From an uncultured Acidimicrobiia bacterium (GTDB lineage: Bacteria > Bacteroidota > Bacteroidia > Flavobacteriales > Flavobacteriaceae), in contig CAXMOR010000030.1 of NCBI GenBank assembly GCA_964195455.1, positions 502-64,501 of the forward strand: DNA of 64,000 nt, in the 5' to 3' direction. The notes beneath the pieces are model-generated. The model was not told the DNA's origin, searched no databases, and saw only the letters and a program-made list of their open reading frames with translations. This document shows positions 19,095-28,600 of this stretch, piece by piece. Positions within the stretch are counted from its first letter, which is position 1, and each line of letters begins with the position of its first letter. The position numbers and the translations under genes are program-made.

Positions 19095-20330
19095 ATGACT
19101 CAATTATTCATCAACATTAAAGAATTAGTTCAAGTCCGAGATGCATCCGTAAAAAAAGTTTCTGGTCCAGAAATGAGCATTTTACCAACTATTAAAAATG
19201 CTTTCTTACTGGTAAAAGATGAATTGATTTCTGATTTTGGTTTCATGAATGAACTTCCTAATTATTCTATTGATAGAACCATAGATTGTTTAGGCAGAAC
19301 GGTACTTCCAACTTGGTGTGATAGCCATACGCATATTGTTTATGCAGGAAACAGAGAACAAGAATTTGTTGACAGAATAAGCGGATTATCTTATGAAGAA
19401 ATAGCGAAAAACGGTGGTGGAATTTTAAATTCAGCAAAAAAACTACAACAAATATCAGAAGAAGAATTATACGATCAATCAGCAAAAAGATTAGAAGAAG
19501 TTATTGCTTTAGGAACTGGTGCGATCGAAATAAAGTCTGGTTATGGATTAACTGTTGCTTCAGAATTAAAAATGTTACTTGTCATCAAAAAATTAAAAGA
19601 AAATTATAGCATTCCTATCAAATCAACATTTTTAGGGGCACATGCAATTCCTAAAGAATTTAAAAATAACAAAGATAGTTACATCAATTTAATCATTGAT
19701 GAAATGTTGCCCCAAATAGCCAACGAAAATTTAGCTGATTTTATTGATGTCTTTTGTGAAATAGGTTATTTTACTGTTGCCGATACAGATAGAATTTTAA
19801 CAGCAGCAAAACAATATCATTTAACTCCAAAAACACACGTAAATCAGTTTAATAGTATTGGCGGAATTGAAGTCTCTGTCAAACACAATGCCTTATCTGT
19901 AGATCATTTAGAAGTTTTATCTGAGGAAGATTTATCCATTTTAAAAGGTTCCGAGACAATGCCAGTGGCTCTTCCCTCCTGTTCTTTTTTCTTAGGTATT
20001 CCTTATACTCCAGCAAGAAAAATAATTGACAGTGGTTTAGCATTAGCGTTGGCTACTGACTACAATCCAGGCTCTACACCTTCAGGAAATATGAATTTTG
20101 TTGTTTCTACAGCTTGTATCAAAATGAAAATGTCTCCAGAAGAAGCTATTAATGCTGCGACTATTAATGGAGCCTATGCAATGAATGTATCGAACACACT
20201 TGGTAGTATTACGAAAGGAAAAATTGCAAATTTCATGATTACAAAAGAAATACCTTCATATGGTTTTCTACCTTACAGTTTTGGTTCTAATTTAATTGAT
20301 TCAATTTATATTAAAGGAAATAAATTTTAA
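19095..20330 (+). CDS. hutI: Imidazolonepropionase
   Basis: 411 aa amidohydrolase with motifs CDSHTHIVYAGNREQEF, GGGILNS and ALATDYNPGS. Confidence 0.9.
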   Translation: MTQLFINIKELVQVRDASVKKVSGPEMSILPTIKNAFLLVKDELISDFGFMNELPNYSIDRTIDCLGRTVLPTWCDSHTHIVYAGNREQEFVDRISGLSYEEIAKNGGGILNSAKKLQQISEEELYDQSAKRLEEVIALGTGAIEIKSGYGLTVASELKMLLVIKKLKENYSIPIKSTFLGAHAIPKEFKNNKDSYINLIIDEMLPQIANENLADFIDVFCEIGYFTVADTDRILTAAKQYHLTPKTHVNQFNSIGGIEVSVKHNALSVDHLEVLSEEDLSILKGSETMPVALPSCSFFLGIPYTPARKIIDSGLALALATDYNPGSTPSGNMNFVVSTACIKMKMSPEEAINAATINGAYAMNVSNTLGSITKGKIANFMITKEIPSYGFLPYSFGSNLIDSIYIKGNKF

Positions 20331-20824
20331 TGCTGTTCAAAACTATTTCATACCTCAAATTTCTTTTAAAATCTTCAAATCAACATGGAGTGCATTCTCC
20401 TTTTGTCTTTAATTTTGTTACAAAAGGATTGTATAATAAAAGAATAAGAAATAATATTTCAGTAGAATATACAGAGTTAAAATCACTCACAAAAAAAGAA
20501 AAAAAGGTGATTTCAAAAATTATACACTATTTCAATATTGAGAATATCTGTTTTGATCCTATCGTTTTGAATGAAAACTTAAATAATGAATTTAAGGTGC
20601 TATATTTAAAGCTGTCAGACGAGTTAAATTTAAGAAAATTAAATAATTTAACCTCAAAACATTTGGTTGTAGTTCATGGAATTTATAAGGATAAAAAATC
20701 TAATTTAAAATGGTTAGAAATCATCAAGAAAGAAGACGCCACTGTAACTATGGATTTATTTTATTTTGGAATCATTTTTTTTAGAAAAGAACAAGCCAAA
20801 GAACATTTTAATATTAGAGTTTAA
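20330..20824 (+). CDS. Hypothetical protein
   Basis: 164 aa. The start overlaps the hutI stop (TAATG), which suggests translational coupling. I recognise no catalytic motif. Confidence 0.5.
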   Translation: MLFKTISYLKFLLKSSNQHGVHSPFVFNFVTKGLYNKRIRNNISVEYTELKSLTKKEKKVISKIIHYFNIENICFDPIVLNENLNNEFKVLYLKLSDELNLRKLNNLTSKHLVVVHGIYKDKKSNLKWLEIIKKEDATVTMDLFYFGIIFFRKEQAKEHFNIRV

Positions 20825-20882
20825 CACTTTCTAAAAGATAAACTTTGTAACTTTGAGCTTAGATAATTTGCAATTAAATAAG

Positions 20883-21458
20883 ATGAAAATATATACAAAA
20901 ACTGGAGATAAAGGAACCACTGCTTTATTCGGCGGAACAAGGGTTAAAAAATATAATTTACGCATCGAAAGCTATGGCACTGTAGATGAATTAAACTCTT
21001 ACATTGGTTTGATAAAAGACCAAGAAATTAGTAATGATATTAAAGAATCTTTATTAAAAGTTCAAAATGATTTGTTCACTGTAGGCGCTATGTTGGCAAC
21101 TCCTCCTGAAAAAGAAACTTTAAAATCAGGAAAAGAAAGATTGAATATTCCTAAAATTGATGAGGATTCTATCTTGTTTTTAGAAAACGAAATTGATAAA
21201 ATGGAGGCAGTACTTCCTCAAATGACTCATTTTATTCTTCCTGGAGGTCATCAATCTGTGTCATTTTGTCACATCGCGAGATGTGTTTGCAGAAGAGCAG
21301 AACGTTTATCTGTGGAATTAAATGACGAAGAGAAGATTCAAAACGACATTATAATATATTTGAACCGACTTTCTGACTTTCTTTTTGTGTTGGCACGAAT
21401 GTTGTCTAAAGACTTATTAGTAGAGGAAATTAAATGGATTCCTAAAAAAAATAGTTAA
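20883..21458 (+). CDS. PduO-type ATP:cob(I)alamin adenosyltransferase
   Basis: N-terminal MKIYTKTGDKGTTALFGG and the overall length are typical of this family. ATG 20883 is preferred over the upstream TTG 20853. A TAACTTTG box lies at 20848..20855. Confidence 0.85.
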   Translation: MKIYTKTGDKGTTALFGGTRVKKYNLRIESYGTVDELNSYIGLIKDQEISNDIKESLLKVQNDLFTVGAMLATPPEKETLKSGKERLNIPKIDEDSILFLENEIDKMEAVLPQMTHFILPGGHQSVSFCHIARCVCRRAERLSVELNDEEKIQNDIIIYLNRLSDFLFVLARMLSKDLLVEEIKWIPKKNS

Positions 21459-21574
21459 GTTCTTTTTTTATCGACTTTAAAGAAATTACAACTTTTTTAA
21501 TTAACTTAAAACACTGATTTACAGTGTAAAGTAAAAAAAAGTAATAACTTTAATGTATATTTCTTAAAAAAGAC

Positions 21575-21604
21575 TTGCATAATTGCGTAAAAAAATTATT
21601 TTTG
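21575..21604 (+). promoter_or_regulatory. Bacteroidota sigma-A promoter for the DUF2795 gene
   Basis: TTG (21575..21577), a 19-nt spacer, then TATTTTTG (21597..21604). The ATG lies 22 nt downstream. Confidence 0.55.
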
Positions 21605-21625
21605 CACAAAATTAAACAGTAAGAA

Positions 21626-21847
21626 ATGTATTGGACATTAGAATTAGCATCTTATTTAGCAGATGCGCCTTGGCCAGCAACCAAAGACGAGTTAATAGAT
21701 TACGCTATTAGAACTGGATCTCCTTTAGAAGTAGTTGAAAACCTTCAAGATATTGAAGACGAAGGTGATTCGTATGACTCAATTATTGAAATTTGGCCAG
21801 ATTATCCTACAGAAGATGATTATCTTTGGAATGAGGATGAATACTAA
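21626..21847 (+). CDS. DUF2795-like small acidic protein
   Basis: 73 aa (LASYLADAPWPATKDELIDYAIRTGSPLEVVENL). It has its own promoter and terminator. Confidence 0.75.
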   Translation: MYWTLELASYLADAPWPATKDELIDYAIRTGSPLEVVENLQDIEDEGDSYDSIIEIWPDYPTEDDYLWNEDEY

Positions 21848-21864
21848 ATAAAATAATCTAATAT

Positions 21865-21892
21865 AAAAAGTCTCTAAAGAGGCTTTTTTTTT
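21865..21892 (+). terminator. Intrinsic terminator
   Basis: aaaaagtctc / taaa / gaggcttttttttt. Confidence 0.6.
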
Positions 21893-21993
21893 GTTTTTTT
21901 TTAGCCAAAAAGCAACTTTTTTAAGGTAGATAAAAACTTGATTTTCAAATAAATAATACAGCTAAATTTTTAGCTAATTAAAACATATATAGA

Positions 21994-24900
21994 ATGAGTA
22001 TTTTAAATTCGGTAATCAAACTTTTTGTAGGTGATAAACAGCAAAAAGATTTAAAAATTTTACAGCCAGTTGTAGAAGATGTAAAAAAGTTTGAAACAGA
22101 AATTGCTCAACTTTCTCATGATGAATTAAGGGCTAAAACACAAGAGTTTAAAGATAAAATTAAGGTCGATACAAAAGAGTTTGATGATAAAATCGATGCG
22201 CTAGAAGAAGAAGCAAAAAATGCTAATATTGATAGACAAGAAGATATTTATGTAGAAATTGATACCTTAAAAGATGAAGCTTACAAAGTTTCTGAAGACA
22301 CTTTACTACAGCTTATGCCAGAAGCTTTTGCTGTCATAAAAGAAACTGCAAAACGTTTTGTAGAAAATGAAGAAATTGAAGTAACTGCTACCGCTTTTGA
22401 TAGAGAGCTATCAGGAGAAAGAGACCATGTTTCTTTAGAGGATGATAAAGCCTTTTGGGCAAACTCTTGGGATGCTGCTGGTAAACCTGTTACCTGGGAC
22501 ATGGTTCATTATGATGTTCAGTTAATTGGTGGCTCTGTTTTGCATCAAGGTAAAATTGCAGAAATGATGACTGGTGAAGGGAAAACATTGGTTTCAACTT
22601 TACCTGTTTATTTGAACGCTTTAACGGGAAATGGTGTACATGTTGTTACAGTAAATGATTATTTAGCAAAACGTGATAAAGCTTGGATGGGACCAATTTT
22701 TGAGTTTCACGGACTTTCCACAGATTGTGTTGACTATTATCAACCCAACTCTAACGAAAGAAGAAAAGCCTATAATGCAGATATTACCTACGGAACAAAT
22801 AACGAATTTGGGTTCGATTATTTGCGTGATAATATGGCAAGTTCTAAAGATGATTTAGTGCAAAGAGCGCCAAATTATGCCATTATTGATGAGGTAGATT
22901 CTGTTTTAATTGATGATGCTAGAACTCCGTTAATTATTTCAGGTCCAGTGCCGCAAGGAGATAGACATGAGTTTAATGATTTAAAACCTTTAGTTGCTGA
23001 TTTAGTTTCTTTGCAGAAACAACATCTAGTTAGTGTTTTAGCAGAAGCTAAAAAATTAATTGCTGATGGCAATACAAAAGATGGTGGGTTTTCACTATTA
23101 AGAGTTTATAGAGGTTTACCAAAGAATAAAGCTTTAATTAAATTTTTGTCTCAAGAAGGAATTAAACAAACCTTACAAAAAACAGAAAATTATTACATGG
23201 CAGACAACAATAAGTTGATGCCAGAGATTGATGAAGATTTATGGTTTGTTGTTGAAGAGAAAAATAATCAAATTGATTTAACCGATAAAGGAATCGCACA
23301 TTTATCAGAAAAGACTCAAAATAACGATTTCTTTGTACTACCAGATATTGGTGTAAAGATTGGCGAAATCGATACTGCAGATACCACTTCTGACGAAAAA
23401 GTTTCTCAAAAAGAAGAACTTTATAAAGACTTTAGTATCAAGAGTGAGCGAATCCACACAATGAATCAACTTCTAAAAGCATACACTGTTTTTGAAAAAG
23501 ATGTTGAATATGTTGTGATGGAAAATAAAGTAATGATTGTTGATGAACAAACTGGACGTATCATGGATGGTCGTCGTTATTCAGATGGATTGCATCAAGC
23601 AATTGAGGCAAAAGAAAATGTAAAAATTGAAGATGCCACTCAAACTTTTGCAACGGTAACGTTACAGAATTACTTTAGAATGTATAGAAAACTGTCTGGA
23701 ATGACAGGAACCGCTGTTACAGAAGCTGGTGAATTATGGGAAATCTACAAATTAGATGTAGTAGAAATCCCTACTAACAAACCAATTCAAAGAGATGATC
23801 AAGAGGACTTAGTATACAAAACTGCGCGTGAAAAATACAATGCAGTTATAGAAGATATTGTAAAATTAGTTGATCTAAAACGACCAGTTTTAGTGGGAAC
23901 AACTTCTGTTGAAATATCAGAACTATTAGGAAGAATGTTACAGATGCGTAAAATTCCTCATAATATTTTAAATGCAAAATTACACAAACGTGAAGCGGAT
24001 GTTGTAGCAGAAGCTGGTAAACCTGGTATTGTAACTATTGCTACAAACATGGCGGGACGTGGAACAGATATTAAACTTTCTGAAGAAGTAAAAACAGTTG
24101 GAGGATTAGCTATTATTGGTACAGAAAGACATGATTCTAGACGTGTAGATAGACAGCTAAGAGGTCGTGCAGGAAGGCAAGGTGACGTTGGTTCTACACA
24201 ATTTTATGTTGCTTTAGATGACAATTTAATGCGTCTATTTGGTTCTGATAGAATTGCCAAGATGATGGATAGAATGGGTTTAAAAGAAGGTGAAGTAATT
24301 CAGCATTCCATGATTACCAAATCTATTGAAAGAGCGCAAAAGAAAGTAGAAGAAAATAACTTCGGAATCAGAAAACGTTTGTTAGAATATGATGATATTA
24401 TGAATGCTCAACGTGAGTTTGTTTATAAAAGAAGACGTAATGCATTGAATGGAAAGCGTTTGCAAGTAGATATTGCAAATATGATTTATGACACTTGTGA
24501 ATCGATTATAAATAGCAATAAAGCTTTTAAGGATTTTCAGAATTTTGAATTTGAATTGATTAAGTTTTCTTCAATGACTTCTCCTTTTTCTGAAGAAGAC
24601 TTTGAGAAACTTTCTGAAAAGGAATTAGCAGATAAATTATATGATATCGTTTCTGAACATTACAAAAGTAAAATTGAAAGAAATGCAGTTTTAGCTTTTC
24701 CTGTTATTAAAGGTGTGTTTGAGAATGAAGGTGATAGATATGAACGAATTGTAGTTCCTTTTACAGACGGAACTAAATCTTTACAGGTTGTTACGAACTT
24801 AAAAGAAGCTTATGAAAGTGAAGGAAAAAGCTTGATTACAGATTTCGAAAAAAATATTACGTTAGCAATTATTGATGAAAATTGGAAAGATCATTTACGT

Positions 24901-25341
24901 AAAATGGATGAGTTAAAACATTCGGTACAAAATGCTTCTTATGAGCAAAAAGATCCTTTATTAATCTACAAGTTTGAAGCCTTTGAATTATTCAAGAAAA
25001 CAGTAGACGAAATCAATAAAGAAGTATTGTCTTTCTTATTTAAAGGAGAATTACCATCTCAAGATACAAATCAAATTTCTGAAGCTCGTCATCAAAAAAG
25101 AGAACGTTTAAATACAAGTAAAGCAGACGTTCAAAACTCTACGGAGCAAGCTATTCAAAGTTCTCGTCAACAATCTGAGCCAGTTGAGACTGTTGTTCGT
25201 GAACAACCAAAGATCGGTAGAAACGAACGTGTTACTATAAAAAATGTAATGAGTGGTGAAGCAAAAGTGGTAAAATATAAACAAGCAATCCCGTTATTAG
25301 AAAAAGGAGAATGGGTTTTAGTAAACGCTAATAATGAGTAA
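21994..25341 (+). CDS. secA: Preprotein translocase ATPase SecA
   Basis: 1115 aa with the motifs [20 protein letters not shown] and [12 protein letters not shown]. Confidence 0.97.
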   Translation: MSILNSVIKLFVGDKQQKDLKILQPVVEDVKKFETEIAQLSHDELRAKTQEFKDKIKVDTKEFDDKIDALEEEAKNANIDRQEDIYVEIDTLKDEAYKVSEDTLLQLMPEAFAVIKETAKRFVENEEIEVTATAFDRELSGERDHVSLEDDKAFWANSWDAAGKPVTWDMVHYDVQLIGGSVLHQGKIAEMMTGEGKTLVSTLPVYLNALTGNGVHVVTVNDYLAKRDKAWMGPIFEFHGLSTDCVDYYQPNSNERRKAYNADITYGTNNEFGFDYLRDNMASSKDDLVQRAPNYAIIDEVDSVLIDDARTPLIISGPVPQGDRHEFNDLKPLVADLVSLQKQHLVSVLAEAKKLIADGNTKDGGFSLLRVYRGLPKNKALIKFLSQEGIKQTLQKTENYYMADNNKLMPEIDEDLWFVVEEKNNQIDLTDKGIAHLSEKTQNNDFFVLPDIGVKIGEIDTADTTSDEKVSQKEELYKDFSIKSERIHTMNQLLKAYTVFEKDVEYVVMENKVMIVDEQTGRIMDGRRYSDGLHQAIEAKENVKIEDATQTFATVTLQNYFRMYRKLSGMTGTAVTEAGELWEIYKLDVVEIPTNKPIQRDDQEDLVYKTAREKYNAVIEDIVKLVDLKRPVLVGTTSVEISELLGRMLQMRKIPHNILNAKLHKREADVVAEAGKPGIVTIATNMAGRGTDIKLSEEVKTVGGLAIIGTERHDSRRVDRQLRGRAGRQGDVGSTQFYVALDDNLMRLFGSDRIAKMMDRMGLKEGEVIQHSMITKSIERAQKKVEENNFGIRKRLLEYDDIMNAQREFVYKRRRNALNGKRLQVDIANMIYDTCESIINSNKAFKDFQNFEFELIKFSSMTSPFSEEDFEKLSEKELADKLYDIVSEHYKSKIERNAVLAFPVIKGVFENEGDRYERIVVPFTDGTKSLQVVTNLKEAYESEGKSLITDFEKNITLAIIDENWKDHLRKMDELKHSVQNASYEQKDPLLIYKFEAFELFKKTVDEINKEVLSFLFKGELPSQDTNQISEARHQKRERLNTSKADVQNSTEQAIQSSRQQSEPVETVVREQPKIGRNERVTIKNVMSGEAKVVKYKQAIPLLEKGEWVLVNANNE

Positions 25342-25546
25342 ACTTGTTTTAAACCCTTCAAGAAGAACACTATTCGCTATTCTAATTATATGGTTTATTG
25401 GTATTACATTATTAATTTTAGCGAGCACGAATCTTTTTACTGAATCTATTTTTCAAAGAAAACATACGGTAACTAATAGTTTAATTATTGGGGCTACCTC
25501 AAGCATTATAGTAATTATAAGAAATTCTATAAAAAACAACAAATAG
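25334..25546 (+). CDS. Small 2-TM membrane protein, hypothetical
   Basis: 70 aa. Its ATG overlaps the secA stop (ATGAGTAA). The only terminator after secA lies downstream of this ORF. Confidence 0.45.
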   Translation: MSKLVLNPSRRTLFAILIIWFIGITLLILASTNLFTESIFQRKHTVTNSLIIGATSSIIVIIRNSIKNNK

Positions 25547-25587
25547 ATTACTGCTTCTACTGCAACATGTTAAGTAATGATAGAAAC

Positions 25588-25624
25588 AAAAAATCCGTTT
25601 AGAAAATTCTAAACGGATTTTTTA
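25588..25624. terminator. Bidirectional intrinsic terminator
   Basis: aaaaatccgtttaga / aaat / tctaaacggatttttt. Confidence 0.75.
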
Positions 25625-25639
25625 TACTATTGATATTGA

Positions 25640-28600
25640 TTATTCTTTGATAAATTTAGTTGTAAAGCCTCCATTTTTAGATGAAATTTTTATCAAATAC
25701 AATCCACTTGATAATTCTTTAATATTCAATTTTCCTAAATTTCTATTGAACTCAAGTACCTTTTTACCCACTACAGAATAAATTTCAATTTTAATTATTG
25801 TATGTATTGTAGAATCAATGTACAAAACATTTTTAACAGGATTTGGATATAATTTAACAGCTTGCTCCAAAATACTATTTTCAACATTTAAAGTACAATT
25901 ATCTCCAACTGTATATGATAAATATTTAGTTACCGCTAAACCACCGGCAAAAGCAAATTTACATGCATAACTAATAATTTCACCGTTTGTTAAACCACTA
26001 ATTGTTTTAGAAAACTTTTTTCCAGAGCCTGCGTTCATCGTTGTTTCAGAAAATGGAAATTCTTTCCATAAATAAGCACCAACATCAGATTTATCAGTAT
26101 CTAATAGCTCAAATGTAATGGTAACATCTGTTCCATTTGTTACAAACTCATATGTATAGCCTATTGAAAAGGATCCTTGTGAAGCATCACTTTCTGAACC
26201 AGAACATTGAGAATTAGAATTCACTGCAGTTGTTGCTTGCAATATTATTGGATTATTTGAAGCTACATTGCCAGACAGATCTTTTGCTGCAATAGTAAAA
26301 GAATATAATGTTTCTGGGGTTAAACTGTTTACAATATAAGATTGTTGTACTCCAGAATCTCCGTTCACAGATTCTGAAGAACCTCCATAAGAAATATCAT
26401 AAATTACTTTACCAGAATCATCTGTAGCATTTAATGAAAGTTCGACACTAGAAGAAGTTACGCTACCTAAAGAAGCTGTAAAATTTACGGGAGCTGTTAT
26501 ATCAGAATTACTTCCTGAACAATTATTTCCAACTACATAACTAAAATATTTTGTAGCCGCTAAACCACCTGAATAGGCAAATTTACAAGCATAACTAATC
26601 GTTTCTCCTTTTGTAAAACCGCTAATGGTTTTAGAGAAAGTTAAATCATCAACCTCTGCTAATTGAGTTTCAGAGAAAGGAGATTGTTTCCATAAATAAG
26701 CTACAACGCCTGCTCTGTTCGTATCTAATAATTTAAATGTAATTGTTACACTTGAACCAACCGTATCAAAAGTTACTTCATATCCTTGAGAAAAATTTCC
26801 TTGTTGCGATTCCGTAGAAGTCTCAGAACATAAATTTTCTTCAGCAACCGTAATATTGACAGCTTCAGATGTTGTTTTTACAGCTAAATCATCAGTAGCT
26901 ACTGCGGTAATTTCATGACTACCAATACTTACATTACCCCAAATTAAACTGAAAGGAGCTGTGGTATCTTCTCCTATTTTTTCAGCCCCTTCAAAGAACT
27001 CTACTATTGTAATACTACCATCTAAATCGCTAGATATAGTTGTTATATTAATATCATCACCTTCTTTAAAAGAAGATCCATTACTTGGGGAAGTTATAGA
27101 GATTGAAGGACTCAAATTACCTTCTGGAGAAACCAGAATTAAAACTTCATCGAAATCAGTATATGTGCCGTCGCTGACAGTTAATTTTAATTTATATACC
27201 CCATCTTCTAAATTAGAAACATTTGGTGATGCTATTGTTATATTATCAAAACTTATACTTGATGGCCCGTAGATCTGTTGCCAATTATAAGTAATAACAT
27301 CACCTTCTGGATCATTACTTAAAGAACCATTTAGAGTAGCTGTTGTTATTGGTGAAATTACAGAAATATTTTCTCCTGCGTTCGCCACTGGAGACACAAA
27401 ACTTAAAGGATTTTTATAAGAAAAAATCATTCTACCTATATTAAATTCTCCGCTTTCAATAAACAATCGTAAAATATGCTCACCTTTTTTTAATGCAATG
27501 TCAGAGGCACTATTTGTAATCCAATTGTTCCAGCCATTAGAATTTGGTACGGCTATACTTGGACTTATTTTCTCTCCTTCTATTTCAAAATAAAAAGGAC
27601 CTCCTCCACTAGAATTACCAGAAGCTGCTCTATAACTTAAGTCATAAAGACCAGCTGTTTCTACCTTAATCGCGTACTCCATCCATTCTCCAGCACCAGT
27701 CCAACCGACAGTTGCGCCTTCTTGATTTACAGAAATAGCATCCACATTTTCTTCAGTTCTAAAATTTCCATTATTTCCAATAGAGTTATCTACATATGCT
27801 ATATTTTGCCCTATGCCTCCTTCAAATTTATCGTAAAAACCAGCTTCAAAAGTACCTGGAATTGAAATAGGAGTTCCTGAATAAGAAACTTGTTCGCCAA
27901 CCTGAACATTGACGATATTAGTTACATTAAAATGATCATTAACAAATATTTTTGCATAAAAACCATGAACCCCTAATGTAAGATTGTCTGCTTTTACTTG
28001 GTACGGTGCTATTGTATCTTCACCAATCGAAGTTGTACCGTCAAAAAATTCTACTTTCGTAATACCAGTTCCAGCTATGGTGGTAGATAATTTTACACTT
28101 CCATTAGGAAAAGCTTGGGCAAAATCTGAAGATAAAACACCAGAAACATTTATATCCCTGCTGGTTATCATTTGATTTGCAGGGACAGTTAATTGAAACC
28201 CATCAGAATAGGTTACTATAATTTCTGAATCTGAATAATTATGTGCTACATATGTAGTTTCACCATTTTGTTTAAAAACCAACGCAATTGGATAATCTGC
28301 TGTTATCGCAGCATCTACCACACCCATAGCATTAACTCCATGCAACCAATGGTAGGTTTGAGCATCAGAAATACCAAACTTTAAATTTCTTTCTGGATAA
28401 GCGTTATAAAGGTTTACAGCTTCTTGTGGATTTGTAAATGACAAATATTTCCAATATGTATCATGCCATAAATTATCGTTATCCTCCTTACTTAAAACTC
28501 CTGTATTTGATGTGATTTCAGCCCATAGCTTTTTAGAATACTCTTGATTGTGTCCTAAGTAAAAAGAACCTCCATGAATCGGATACATTTCTATACCATA

